NCBI GenBank assembly: GCA_050257685.1 | Contig: JBLMXH010000067.1 | Span: forward strand, 12,229-76,228 | Source: Nitrospirota bacterium | Lineage (GTDB): Bacteria; Verrucomicrobiota; Verrucomicrobiia; Chthoniobacterales; UBA10450 | Length of the DNA: 64,000 nt | Direction of reading: 5' to 3' | In this document: positions 19,461 to 28,577 of the stretch, in pieces | How positions within the stretch are numbered: the first letter of the stretch is position 1 | Layout of the letters: the number at the start of each line of letters is the position of its first letter | Notes under the pieces: generated by a model | Told to the model about the DNA's origin: nothing | Seen by the model: the letters and a program-made list of their open reading frames with translations, nothing else | Databases searched by the model: none | Made by a program: the position numbers and the translations under genes

Positions 19461-20561
19461 ATGACGTCAGTGTGGGAGGTGGCCAATTCCCGGTTGCGTG
19501 ATCTCGCCGTCTACGAACCAGGGAAACCGATCGAGGAAACAGCGCGCGAATTAGGCGTGGATCCGAGTACGATCGTTAAGCTGGCGTCGAATGAAAATCC
19601 GCTCGGTCCTTCTCCCAAAGCCATCCAGGCGATGCGCGACGCCTTGAAGGATGCGCATCTTTACCCTGACGGGAGCGGGTTTTATTTGCGAAACGCACTC
19701 GCTGTTAAACTGAGCATAACACCAGAGAACGTAATCCTTGGCAATGGATCAAACGAAGTCATTGAATTCCTCGGACACGCATTTCTGAATCCCGGCGATG
19801 ACGTAATCACCTGTCAGTACGCCTTTATTGTGTACAAACTACTCGCGACGGCTTTCGGGGTTCGCACCATCGAAATCCCGAGTCCTGGTTATCAGCAAGA
19901 CCTCGATGCAACACTGGACTCGGTCACCTCAAAAACCCGAGTCATTTTCATTCCAAACCCAAACAATCCCACCGGTACGTTGATTTCTCAGAGCGCGATC
20001 GAGCGTTTCATGTCGCGAGTCCCGGACAACATCATTGTCGTCTTCGATGAGGCCTATTTCGAATTCATCGATGATCCACCCGACACACTCCGATTCGTTC
20101 GCGAAGGGCGAAATGTCGTTGTGCTCCGTACCTTCTCGAAAATTCACGGGCTTGCCGGGCTCCGGATCGGGTATGGCGTTGCGCCGCCGGAAATCATCGA
20201 GGTGCTCCACAAAACCCGACAGCCATTCAATGTAAACAGCATTGCACAGGCGGGCGCGATTGCTGCGCTCGATGATCAAGCGCACCTCTGCGAAACCAAG
20301 AGGGTGATAGATGAAGGTCGCGCTTACTTGCAGGAGCAATTTGCCGAAATACAGATTCCATTCGTGCCAGCCGCTGCAAATTTCCTGATGGTAAATGTCG
20401 GCGATGGCTGCGCGGTCTTCCAGAAGCTGCTGCAACGGAAGATCATCGTGCGCCCGCTTAAAGGCTATGGTTTGCCTGAATGGGTTCGCATTTCGGTAGG
20501 CACGATGGAAGAAAACAAGAAACTGATCGCCGCGCTGACAGAAGTGATCCGGGCGCGATAG
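19461..20561 (+). CDS. hisC: Histidinol-phosphate aminotransferase
   Basis: It reads as a class II aminotransferase. Supporting motifs are KLASNENPLGPSP, NPNNPTG and the PLP-lysine context RTFSKIHGLAGLRIGY. Confidence 0.9.
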   Translation: MTSVWEVANSRLRDLAVYEPGKPIEETARELGVDPSTIVKLASNENPLGPSPKAIQAMRDALKDAHLYPDGSGFYLRNALAVKLSITPENVILGNGSNEVIEFLGHAFLNPGDDVITCQYAFIVYKLLATAFGVRTIEIPSPGYQQDLDATLDSVTSKTRVIFIPNPNNPTGTLISQSAIERFMSRVPDNIIVVFDEAYFEFIDDPPDTLRFVREGRNVVVLRTFSKIHGLAGLRIGYGVAPPEIIEVLHKTRQPFNVNSIAQAGAIAALDDQAHLCETKRVIDEGRAYLQEQFAEIQIPFVPAAANFLMVNVGDGCAVFQKLLQRKIIVRPLKGYGLPEWVRISVGTMEENKKLIAALTEVIRAR

Positions 20562-20580
20562 GCTCAGCATTTCCACCTCA

Positions 20581-20680
20581 AAAGCGGCGCCGCAGCGCCG
20601 CACTCGAAAACCCAAGCGCACATATTGAGTCTGGAATTTCGCGGCCACCTTTTGGAGTGCGCCGGGGCTCCGGCGCTTTT
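20581..20680. repeat. Family D inverted-repeat element, copy 1
   Basis: AAAGCGGCGCCGCAGCGCCGCACTC ... GGAGTGCGCCGGGGCTCCGGCGCTTTT has complementary arms and resembles the copy at 23244. Confidence 0.65.
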
Positions 20681-20742
20681 CGACTTTGGCCTCGCAGCAT
20701 TTGGCATCCGGAGCGGTTGCCCTACAATTTGGATCCAAACTC

Positions 20743-22110
20743 ATGACGATTTGTGACACCATCGCCGCTATCTCGACGCCGCCCGGTGAAGGAGCGATTG
20801 CACTTGTCCGAATTTCCGGCGCGAAAGCGATCGAAATAGCTGACAAAATTTTTCGGGGGAAAGAACTCCCGTCGCGATTCGCGTCACACCTTCAACATTT
20901 GGGTGAGATTTTCAGTGCGAAGAATCAGCTGGTCGATCAAGTCGTGCTTTCAGTGCATCGCGCACCGGCTAGTTACACCGGTGAAGACTTGGTGGAGATG
21001 AGTTGTCACGGCGGCACGCTCGTTTCCGCAAAAGTTCTCGAAGCATGCTTGCGCGCAGGGGCCAGAGCAGCGCGTCCCGGTGAATTCACGGAGCGCGCAT
21101 TTCTAAACGGCAAAATGGATCTCACTCAGGCCGAGGCGGTGATCGATTTGATCCGCGCACGAACTGATCTGGCGCTGCGTTCGGCCACCGAGCAATTGGA
21201 AGGCCGACTCGGCGATCAAATCAGAAAAATCCGCGATGACTTGATCGCCCTGATTGCGCACATCAACGCATCAATTGATTTTCCGGAGGAAGGCATTGAG
21301 CCCGATGAAGACCAAGCGCTTTGCGCCCGGCTCGACTCTGTTCGCGATCAAATCACCATGTTGCTGGCGACCGCTGATCAGGGTCGTGTGCTGCGCGAGG
21401 GGGTGCGCGTGGTGATTTATGGCGCGACCAATGCCGGCAAATCCAGTTTGCTCAATCGTTTGCTTGGTTACGATCGCGTGATTGTCAGCGACACGCATGG
21501 CACCACGCGAGATACGATCGAAGAAACGGTCAATCTTGAAGGTGTGCCGATCCGCTTGCTCGATACTGCGGGATTGCGCGCTTCGCAAAGCGAATTGGAG
21601 CTTGAAGGAATCGCTCGCACAGAAAAATCATTACAACTGGCTGATTTACGTCTGCACATCGCGGATCGCAATGCGCCCAAGCCTGCGCATTTCAACTCGC
21701 GAAAGGGCTCGGATTTCAACGGAGCGACGGGCGACGCGAATGAAATTGTTGTCCTGAATAAAAGCGATTTGCCGGAGGACGACGACTGGAAGGATTCCCT
21801 GGCATTACGAATCTCGTGCACGACTGGAGACGGACTGCCAAGACTGAAAAACGAAATTCTGGCACGCATTCGCCAGCAAAATTTGAGACCGGAGAGCACG
21901 ATCGCAATTAATACTCGGCATCGCGATTGCCTTCGGCGCGCATTGGAATCGTGCGATCGCGCCCGTACCGCTCTCGGCGATGGATTATCCGGCGAGTACG
22001 TTGCGGTCGATCTTGATCAAGCTCTGCGCGCCGTCGGTGAAGTCATTGGTGTCGTGGATGTGGAACAAATTCTCGATTCAGTGTTTAGCCAGTTTTGCAT
22101 CGGAAAATGA
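20743..22110 (+). CDS. mnmE: tRNA modification GTPase MnmE
   Basis: The N-terminus reads DTIAAISTPPGEGAIALVRISG. The G-domain motifs are GATNAGKSSLLN and DTAG. The C-terminal FCIGK motif is present. Confidence 0.95.
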   Translation: MTICDTIAAISTPPGEGAIALVRISGAKAIEIADKIFRGKELPSRFASHLQHLGEIFSAKNQLVDQVVLSVHRAPASYTGEDLVEMSCHGGTLVSAKVLEACLRAGARAARPGEFTERAFLNGKMDLTQAEAVIDLIRARTDLALRSATEQLEGRLGDQIRKIRDDLIALIAHINASIDFPEEGIEPDEDQALCARLDSVRDQITMLLATADQGRVLREGVRVVIYGATNAGKSSLLNRLLGYDRVIVSDTHGTTRDTIEETVNLEGVPIRLLDTAGLRASQSELELEGIARTEKSLQLADLRLHIADRNAPKPAHFNSRKGSDFNGATGDANEIVVLNKSDLPEDDDWKDSLALRISCTTGDGLPRLKNEILARIRQQNLRPESTIAINTRHRDCLRRALESCDRARTALGDGLSGEYVAVDLDQALRAVGEVIGVVDVEQILDSVFSQFCIGK

Positions 22111-22137
22111 CGCTGCGATTGAATCCACAACAGCACT

Positions 22138-22225
22138 GTCATGTTGAGCGAAGCGAAACATCTCGGTTTTCTTGCCGGCATTCGCAAACGAATGACCAGA
22201 GATTCTTCGCTTCGCTCAGAATGAC
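22138..22225. repeat. Family B inverted-repeat element, copy 2
   Basis: GTCATGTTGAGCGAAGCGAAACATCTC ... GAGATTCTTCGCTTCGCTCAGAATGAC fills the mnmE-pyrD gap. Confidence 0.8.
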
Positions 22226-22234
22226 ATTGCTGCG

Positions 22235-23245
22235 ATGAAGAAGCTTTACGAAACATTCGTTAGGCCGCTGCTGTTTTGTTTGGATGCTGAGACCGCGCAT
22301 CATCTCACAATTGGATTGCTCGGCGGTGTGTCCAATTTCGACGTCGCGTTGCGTGCGCTCAGGCGTTTTCAGCCCTCGTCGAAACCAAAAACGCTCTTTG
22401 GTCTCAATTTCCCTAACCCCATTGGGCTTGCCGCTGGACTGGACAAAAACGGTGTTGCTCTGCCTGCCTGGGCAGCGCTCGGCTTCGGTTTTATTGAGAT
22501 TGGAACCGTGACTGCAAAAGCGCAATCTGGAAACCCCAAGCCGCGCATCTTCAGGTTGCCGGATCAACAAGCGCTGATCAATCGACTTGGTTTTAACAAT
22601 GACGGCGCAGACGCGATTGCGAATCGGTTGGCAGCGCTGCGCAAAAGCGAACATTGGCCAGCTATTCCAGTCGGGATCAATATTGGCAAGTCGAGAGCAA
22701 CGCCACTCGAACAAGCGACGGACGATTACCTCTATTCCTTTCGTCTCCTGCGTAGTTTTGCCGATTACGTCACCTTGAATGTCAGCTCGCCAAACACACC
22801 CGGTTTGCGCGAGATGCAGGAGCCACAAAAACTTTCGGAGTTACTGTCCGTGATCAGCAGGGAAGCAGGAACAGCTCCAAAACCGCTCATCGTGAAGATT
22901 TCACCGGACTTGTCGGGCGCTGAGCTAAAAGCCGTTCTCGCCGTCTGTGAAGAGAACGGTGTGTCGGGAATTATTGCTACGAACACCACCCTGGATCACT
23001 CCTCGATTCCGCCTCAACTGGATCAAGCAGGCGGATTGAGTGGAGCGCCACTCCGACACAAATCAACCGCATTGGTCCGTGAAGTTGCTGCCCGATCTGC
23101 AATTCCAGTGATCGCTTCCGGGGGAATTTTTGACGCAGAATCGGCGCGAGAGAAATTTCAGGCGGGCGCACAGCTGATTCAGCTTTACACCGGGTTGGTT
23201 TACCGCGGTCCGCAGCTTCTGCGCGAAATCATTCAAGCCATTTAA
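22235..23245 (+). CDS. pyrD: Dihydroorotate dehydrogenase (quinone), class 2
   Basis: Supporting motifs are FPNPIGLAAGLDKNG, GFIEIGTVT, NVSSPNTPGLR and GGLSG. The N-terminal extension is typical of class 2 enzymes. Confidence 0.95.
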   Translation: MKKLYETFVRPLLFCLDAETAHHLTIGLLGGVSNFDVALRALRRFQPSSKPKTLFGLNFPNPIGLAAGLDKNGVALPAWAALGFGFIEIGTVTAKAQSGNPKPRIFRLPDQQALINRLGFNNDGADAIANRLAALRKSEHWPAIPVGINIGKSRATPLEQATDDYLYSFRLLRSFADYVTLNVSSPNTPGLREMQEPQKLSELLSVISREAGTAPKPLIVKISPDLSGAELKAVLAVCEENGVSGIIATNTTLDHSSIPPQLDQAGGLSGAPLRHKSTALVREVAARSAIPVIASGGIFDAESAREKFQAGAQLIQLYTGLVYRGPQLLREIIQAI

Positions 23246-23342
23246 AGCGGCGCAGCAGTGCCGCACTCCAAAACGCAAGCGTCGTAGTTCGGGGTCGCGG
23301 ACGGCGGCTACATTGTGGAGTGCGGCAGTGCCCTGGCGCTTT
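23244..23342. repeat. Family D inverted-repeat element, copy 2
   Basis: AAAGCGGCGCAGCAGTGCCGCACTCC ... GGAGTGCGGCAGTGCCCTGGCGCTTT begins inside the pyrD stop codon. Confidence 0.65.
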
Positions 23343-23431
23343 CACGTTCCGATTCGCTGCTTCCTGCCTCTGGGAATTCTGGCATAGACTTGCGTCCCGA
23401 TTGCCCGCAGGCAGGATTGCCTGCATCACGA

Positions 23432-24130
23432 ATGAAACTTTCCCGAAAGATTCTAAAGTTCACTCAGCCATTGACCTACCGGCGCGGCTGGCGCAGAGCA
23501 CAACGTTCGATTTTCCGGGTGCCCCTTAAGCCGATGCTTGCGCAGATCGACTTGGACCGTGCACGGGAAATCCAGCAGCGATATGCAAATTCCACTGCGG
23601 GGTACGCCAAGTACGCAGACATCGAGCCCTGGTTAAAATTGAATCGTGAACGTGTACAGGATTTAAATCTCCATCGCTCGGAACCCAAACGTGTTCTCGA
23701 CCTCGGATGCGGAGGTGGGTTTTTCTTATTCATCCTGAAGAACCTTGGCCACTCCGTCCTGGGTCTCGACGTCGATCGCGTTCCGTTATTCGGCGAACTA
23801 CTGAACTTGTTCGGTGTGGAGCGCGTTATTTACAAGATCGACGCTTTCGAGCCGCTGCCCGACCTCGGTCAACAATTCGATTGGATCACGGCATTCTCTG
23901 CCAACTTTTATCTTTATCATCCGGCAAAAAAACGCTGGGGAACGGCGGAATGGGATTTCTTCCTGCGCGACTTACAGCATCACCTGGCGCCGGGTGGAAA
24001 AATATTTTTTGGGCTCAATCCCTCCTACAACGGCGGGTATTACACGCCGGAGATCCGCGATCTGTTTCTCAGTCGTGGTGCAGACGTTGAACGAGAACGG
24101 ATTTCTTTTGAAAAGGGCGTGCGCATCTGA
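23432..24130 (+). CDS. Class I SAM-dependent methyltransferase
   Basis: SAM-binding motif I is VLDLGCGGGFFLFIL. ATG 23432 is the preferred start because the listed GTG 23315 lies inside repeat D2. Confidence 0.75.
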   Translation: MKLSRKILKFTQPLTYRRGWRRAQRSIFRVPLKPMLAQIDLDRAREIQQRYANSTAGYAKYADIEPWLKLNRERVQDLNLHRSEPKRVLDLGCGGGFFLFILKNLGHSVLGLDVDRVPLFGELLNLFGVERVIYKIDAFEPLPDLGQQFDWITAFSANFYLYHPAKKRWGTAEWDFFLRDLQHHLAPGGKIFFGLNPSYNGGYYTPEIRDLFLSRGADVERERISFEKGVRI

Positions 24131-24209
24131 CGTGGCTTAACAGGGCCAATCTGCGAACCGCACCGTGGAAGACTTGCTAGGCATCGCGGAACTTCGCCCT
24201 GCATTGCTT

Positions 24210-24629
24210 CTAAGGTGTAGCCGACGGCATTTGGTCCGAATGATCGTGAAAACGACGATGTCGCCATCGCCGATGTCGCTCTTCGATTTGCGCCAGCTTT
24301 TGGCGCTGTTCGTCAGTGAGCTGGACAGCCATCTGCTGATGCGCATCGGTTATGATGTCGTGAACCCGTCTCCCCGTATCTCTCCGAATATCCCGGAGTT
24401 GAGCAGTTGTTTTATCGATGATCGGAGAGACCCTGGCGAGTTGTTCAGGGGTTAAATTGAGTTCGGCACGCAGTCTTTCTTTCATTCGTCCGCCGATCCG
24501 CTCGGGATGGTGCAGTTCAAAAAAATGGTACCGCGCGTAGGATCCCCCAACGAACGCGCCGGTGATTCCACCCGCGATAAACACCAGGAGGAAACCGGCG
24601 ATGAGTTTCCATTGCAACGCCCGATTCAT
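24210..24629 (-). CDS. Membrane-anchored LTXXQ (Spy/CpxP-like) protein
   Basis: It has an N-terminal TM helix, two LTXXQ motifs (LTPEQ, LTDEQ) and a His/Arg-rich tail (HRRWRHRRFHDHSD). The ATG at 24629 lies 1 nt after the upstream stop. Confidence 0.6.
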   Translation of the reverse strand: MNRALQWKLIAGFLLVFIAGGITGAFVGGSYARYHFFELHHPERIGGRMKERLRAELNLTPEQLARVSPIIDKTTAQLRDIRRDTGRRVHDIITDAHQQMAVQLTDEQRQKLAQIEERHRRWRHRRFHDHSDQMPSATP

Positions 24630-24630
24630 T

Positions 24631-24924
24631 TCAGAACTCATCCTGAATCGCTGAATCCGCAATGGCGAATTCATTCGCGAACGATTCGCGGATCTCGCGA
24701 CTCTGATTTGCTTCACGAATGGCCGCGATGGTTGATATGACAATTACGGCGATCGACAACACGGCCACGCCGCGAAGCAACTGGACCACCCCGTTCGCCT
24801 TTGACGTACCAGCGCGCCACAGCGCAACCACGCGAGTATCAAAACCAAACGGCATCGGCGCCGGAACGCCTTCCTCCGCCTGAGCGGCAGATCGCAATAG
24901 CCGATCGAGGTGTTCGTTCTTCAT
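24631..24924 (-). CDS. Putative anti-sigma factor (single-pass membrane protein)
   Basis: 97 aa with one TM helix (VAVLSIAVIVISTIAAI). The gene overlaps the ECF sigma gene by 4 nt. The call rests on position only. Confidence 0.45.
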   Translation of the reverse strand: MKNEHLDRLLRSAAQAEEGVPAPMPFGFDTRVVALWRAGTSKANGVVQLLRGVAVLSIAVIVISTIAAIREANQSREIRESFANEFAIADSAIQDEF

Positions 24925-25502
24925 CGCTTTTCTTTTTCCGAAATTTTCGCGAGCTGTTGTTTCATTTTCTGCCTGGCTCGAAATGCTCGTACTTTAACGA
25001 GTGCCGCGCTCCAGCCAGTGATTTTTCGAACTTCTTCTACGCTACGTTCCTGCAAGTATAGCAAATCGACCGCCAGCCGTTCGACAGGCTTCAACGCAGC
25101 CAGAAGATGCTCCACCAGTTGGCGCGAAGCGAACCGCTGGTCGGGCGCCAGCTCATCGCTGGAGCTTGCCAGATTTTCCACTACTGCTTGCTCTTCGACA
25201 CTGAGATCAGCATGACGCAGTTCCGGCCGAACTTTTTCCGATTCGATTTGATTGAGACAAGTGTTGACCGCAACGCGCGACACCCAGTGCTCCAGCGGCA
25301 CGTTGCCCGAAAACTGCGACAGTTTTTGAAATACTTTAATGAAAATCATTTGGCAGAGATCTTCCTCCGGCGTTCTACGCGGCCGATGTGCACGGACGAT
25401 CTTGGCAACGAGCGGATAAAGCCGTCGCACCAGCACGCGAGCTGCCTCATCGTCATTTTGAAGCGCAGCCTTAACCAGCGCGCTTGCGTCAGATTCATCC
25501 AT
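24921..25502 (-). CDS. ECF-type RNA polymerase sigma-70 family factor
   Basis: Region 2 reads EDLCQMIFIKVFQKL...WVSRVAVNTCLNQ. Region 4 reads LLYLQERSVEEVRKITGWSAALVKVRAFRARQKM. Confidence 0.9.
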   Translation of the reverse strand: MDESDASALVKAALQNDDEAARVLVRRLYPLVAKIVRAHRPRRTPEEDLCQMIFIKVFQKLSQFSGNVPLEHWVSRVAVNTCLNQIESEKVRPELRHADLSVEEQAVVENLASSSDELAPDQRFASRQLVEHLLAALKPVERLAVDLLYLQERSVEEVRKITGWSAALVKVRAFRARQKMKQQLAKISEKEKR

Positions 25503-25532
25503 GTGATGGAGAGCGCATCCACACCATTAATC

Positions 25533-25561
25533 ATGACCGGCTCGGCTGCGCTTTGGTTACA
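25533..25561 (-). promoter_or_regulatory. Candidate ECF-type promoter for the sigma operon
   Basis: The minus strand reads TGTAACC-N16-GGTCAT. The -10 element ends about 30 nt upstream of the sigma start codon. The architecture is identical to the site at 25674-25702. Confidence 0.45.
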
Positions 25562-25673
25562 ACTTCTAGTGTAGAGGTGGTTGTGCCAAGGACCTGCCGG
25601 TCTCAATATAAGAGGAGTCTTGAGGGTCGTGATAATCGCAGAACCAAGCCCTCCCACATGTTGAAAAAAATTT

Positions 25674-25702
25674 TGTAACCGCTCTGCTCCGCGCTCGGTC
25701 AT
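25674..25702 (+). promoter_or_regulatory. Candidate ECF-type promoter for the divergent LTXXQ gene
   Basis: The plus strand reads TGTAACC-N16-GGTCAT, about 37 nt upstream of ATG 25739. Confidence 0.45.
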
Positions 25703-25738
25703 CTATTTCAAAGGCGCGAAGAGCGCTTTGCAGAAACA

Positions 25739-26131
25739 ATGAAACCAACTATGAAAAGAAACATATTAGCACTTGCAGCCGCCGGTGCGATCGCGATTGG
25801 GGGCTTTGTCGTTGTGCAGGCACAACCGGGACCCGGCGGTCCTGGACATTGGCATGGCCACGCGTTCGGCCTTCGGGGACTCACTGAGAAACTGGACCTG
25901 ACAGCTGACCAGCAGACGAAGGTTCAACCGATCCTTGATGCGGCCAAACCGCAAATCGCCGCCATCCATCAGGAGGCGATGCAGAAGATGCACACCGTGA
26001 TGAACAGCACGATGTCGCAAATTCGGCCGCTGCTGAACGCCGATCAGCAAAAGAAACTCGATGCGATCCAAAAAGCGCATCAGGACATGCTGAACGCCAA
26101 AAAGGAACTGCACGACGCATTGCAGGACTAA
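25739..26131 (+). CDS. Secreted LTXXQ (Spy/CpxP-like) periplasmic protein
   Basis: It has a signal peptide (ILALAAAGAIAIGGFVVVQAQ), a His cluster (HWHGHAF), the LTADQ motif and helical repeats. Confidence 0.7.
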   Translation: MKPTMKRNILALAAAGAIAIGGFVVVQAQPGPGGPGHWHGHAFGLRGLTEKLDLTADQQTKVQPILDAAKPQIAAIHQEAMQKMHTVMNSTMSQIRPLLNADQQKKLDAIQKAHQDMLNAKKELHDALQD

Positions 26132-26162
26132 TTTCCGCTCGTTCAGAGCGACAAGGGAAAAA

Positions 26163-26189
26163 GGCGGCGATCTCAAAAGGGTCGCCGCC
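26163..26189 (+). terminator. Hairpin downstream of the LTXXQ gene
   Basis: GGCGGCGA-loop-TCGCCGCC lies about 30 nt after the stop. It has no clear U-tract. Confidence 0.3.
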
Positions 26190-26267
26190 GGGTCGCGTTG
26201 TGACGCAGGCAATCCTGCCTGGGAGTATTTTGCCGTAGCACAAAGTCGCGGTCTGAACGCTGAAAAT

Positions 26268-26288
26268 GGCAGACAAGGATTGTCTGCC
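26268..26288 (-). terminator. Hairpin downstream of the small membrane protein gene
   Basis: GGCAGACAA-GGA-TTGTCTGCC is followed on the minus strand by ATTTTC. Confidence 0.4.
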
Positions 26289-26296
26289 TCACGGCA

Positions 26297-26539
26297 TTAG
26301 CCTCGTCTCTTCCTCAGCGAGACCAGAAACATTACCAGGCCGATCACTGCGAGGATGACGGCGATGGTAAAGCCCGTAGAGGAAATCTCCCCGCGATAAT
26401 GGTAATTTTCTTTCACTGCACCGGCGAGGCCTATCAGGAAGGAAAGAACGCCAATGCAGAACAAGATGATCCCGATCGCTCGCTGGTCATCGGCGGAAAT
26501 TTTCATTACAGCGCCAATCCAATATAGCGGCCGTCCCAA
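26297..26539 (-). CDS. Hypothetical small membrane protein (2 TM)
   Basis: 80 aa from a TTG start (an alternative internal start gives MKISADD). It has two clear hydrophobic helices and a basic C-terminus. Confidence 0.45.
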   Translation of the reverse strand: MGRPLYWIGAVMKISADDQRAIGIILFCIGVLSFLIGLAGAVKENYHYRGEISSTGFTIAVILAVIGLVMFLVSLRKRRG

Positions 26540-26563
26540 AATTCAAGTCCGCATATCAACTCT

Positions 26564-26687
26564 GTCATGTCGAGCGAAGTCGAGGCTGCAACGCAGCCCC
26601 GAAATTTCGGAGCGAGGCCAGGCCTTCATTCCCGAAGAACGTGTGTAAGCTTTCACGACGGGATGTCTCGACTTCGCTCGACCTGAC
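26564..26687. repeat. Family B inverted-repeat element, copy 3 (long subtype)
   Basis: The termini are GTCATGTCGAGCGAAGTCGAG ... CTCGACTTCGCTCGACCTGAC. The internal module GAGGCTGCAACGCAGCCCCGAAA...GCGAGGCCAGGCCTTCATTCCCG is shared with copy 5. Confidence 0.8.
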
Positions 26688-26757
26688 GTAGACAGCTTGA
26701 TGTATCCCTATGATGGACGTGGAATGAAATTGTCGATCTAAAATGACATGAGATCAT

Positions 26758-28497
26758 GTGACGATGAAAAATCGCCTTTGTCTTGCCTGGTTCGCATTGC
26801 TCGCTGGCATTCCGCAAACGCATGCACAGATCGATCGCATTACCGGTAAGAATTTCGCTACGCGATCGGAAGTTTTCGCAACGCATGGAATGGTTTGTAC
26901 GAGCGTGCCGGCAGCCACCGAGGTTGGGGTCGAGATTTTAAAACGTGGCGGCAGCGCAGTAGACGCGGCGATCGCCGTGAATGCGACGCTCGGTCTGATG
27001 GAGCCGGTCTCGAATGGAATTGGCGGCGATCTGTTCGCGATCGTTTACAGCGCGAAAGAAAATAAACTTTACGGAATCAACGGGAGCGGTCGTTCGCCGC
27101 TGGGTCTGAGCTACGACGCGATGAAATCAGAACTGGCGAAGCTGCATACCGAAACTATTCCGCCGCGAGGCATGCTGCCGATCAGTGTTCCTGGATGCGT
27201 TGATGGATGGGCTGAGCTGCACAAGAAATTCGGCAAACTTAAGTTGGGCGACGATCTCGCTCCGGCGATTCGCTATGCTGAGGAAGGTTTTCCGGTCACC
27301 GATTTGATCGCGTATTACTGGTCGTTAGGTCCGCGCCTCTACAAAGGTCTGCCGGGGGCGTTCCTCGCAACCTACACGCTCGATGGCAAAGGACGCACAC
27401 CCGGTAAAGGCGACATCTTCAAAAACCCGAATTTGGCGAGAACGCTGCGATTGATCGGCGAGAAAGGGCGCGACGCTTTCTACAAAGGTGAGATCGCTGA
27501 CAAGATCGATGCCTTTATGCAGGGCAACGGTGGATTCCTGCGGAAAGCCGATTTCGAGAAGCATACTTCTACGTGGGTCGACCCAGTCTCGGTGAATTAT
27601 CGCGGCTACGATGTGTTCGAGCTTCCACCAAACGGTCAAGGTATTTCCGCGCTGCAGATTTTGAACATTCTCGAAGGATTCGATCTGCGCGCAATGGGAC
27701 GCAATTCACCCGAGACGCTGCACACGATGATCGAAGCAAAGAAGATCGCCTGGGCCGATCGCGCGAAGTTCTATGCCGATCCTGCATTCGCAAAGATTCC
27801 GCTCGCCGGGTTGCTTTCAAAAGACTACGCGGCGCAGCGCCGAAAATTGATCGATCCGAATCACGCCGCCAAACAAGTCGAGCCTGGCAATCCGGTGCTC
27901 AATCAAGGCGACACGATTTACCTGTGCACTGCCGATGATGAAGGCAACATGGTGTCGCTCATCCAGAGCAACTATCGCGGGATGGGCAGCGGGATTGTCG
28001 TGCCAGGTCTTGGATTCATGTTTCAAGATCGCGGCGAGCTTTTCTCGATGGATCCGCAGCACGCGAATGTTTACGCGCCGGGCAAACGCCCATTTCACAC
28101 CATTATTCCCGGATTTGTGATGAAAGACGGCAAACCGTGGGAAGCTTTTGGTGTTATGGGCGGTGGGATGCAGCCGCAGGGTCATGTTCAGGTGCTAACA
28201 AACCAGATTGATTTCGGTTTGAACGTCCAGGAAGCCGGAGACGCCTCCCGCTGGCAGCATGAAGGCGATAACGAACCTACCGGCGAAAAGATGAACGCTT
28301 CAGGTGGATATGTTGAAGTGGAAAGCGGTATTCCCTACGAGAGCGTGCGTGAGTTACGCAAGAAAGGTCACGATGTGCGTTTCGATGTTGGTGGCTACGG
28401 TGGCTATCAGGCCATCAAAGTTGAGATGCATAATGGCCAGCGCGTCTACGTTGGCGCCAGCGAATCACGCAAAGACGGAATGGCAGCTGGATACTGA
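26758..28497 (+). CDS. ggt: Gamma-glutamyltransferase
   Basis: A signal peptide is present, and the autoprocessing and nucleophile context is QGDTIYLCTAD. Further motifs are FHTIIPGF and GVMGGGMQPQGH. An alternative start is ATG 26764. Confidence 0.95.
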   Translation: MTMKNRLCLAWFALLAGIPQTHAQIDRITGKNFATRSEVFATHGMVCTSVPAATEVGVEILKRGGSAVDAAIAVNATLGLMEPVSNGIGGDLFAIVYSAKENKLYGINGSGRSPLGLSYDAMKSELAKLHTETIPPRGMLPISVPGCVDGWAELHKKFGKLKLGDDLAPAIRYAEEGFPVTDLIAYYWSLGPRLYKGLPGAFLATYTLDGKGRTPGKGDIFKNPNLARTLRLIGEKGRDAFYKGEIADKIDAFMQGNGGFLRKADFEKHTSTWVDPVSVNYRGYDVFELPPNGQGISALQILNILEGFDLRAMGRNSPETLHTMIEAKKIAWADRAKFYADPAFAKIPLAGLLSKDYAAQRRKLIDPNHAAKQVEPGNPVLNQGDTIYLCTADDEGNMVSLIQSNYRGMGSGIVVPGLGFMFQDRGELFSMDPQHANVYAPGKRPFHTIIPGFVMKDGKPWEAFGVMGGGMQPQGHVQVLTNQIDFGLNVQEAGDASRWQHEGDNEPTGEKMNASGGYVEVESGIPYESVRELRKKGHDVRFDVGGYGGYQAIKVEMHNGQRVYVGASESRKDGMAAGY

Positions 28498-28577
28498 TCG
28501 CCAGCGGCAATTGTCTCACAAAGGTCACAAAGTTATTGTCAGCGATTCTCTTCGTGACCGTGTGGACTTTGTGTGAG

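Noticed and set aside
19929-20846. 305-aa minus-strand ORF antisense to hisC and running across the D1 repeat into the 5' end of mnmE.
   Set aside because: hisC on the plus strand has unambiguous aminotransferase motifs. The antisense ORF has no motifs and reads through an intergenic repeat.
22139-22828. 229-aa minus-strand ORF antisense to pyrD.
   Set aside because: pyrD is strongly supported. The C-terminal end of the antisense ORF is a translation of repeat B2 (VILSEAKNL).
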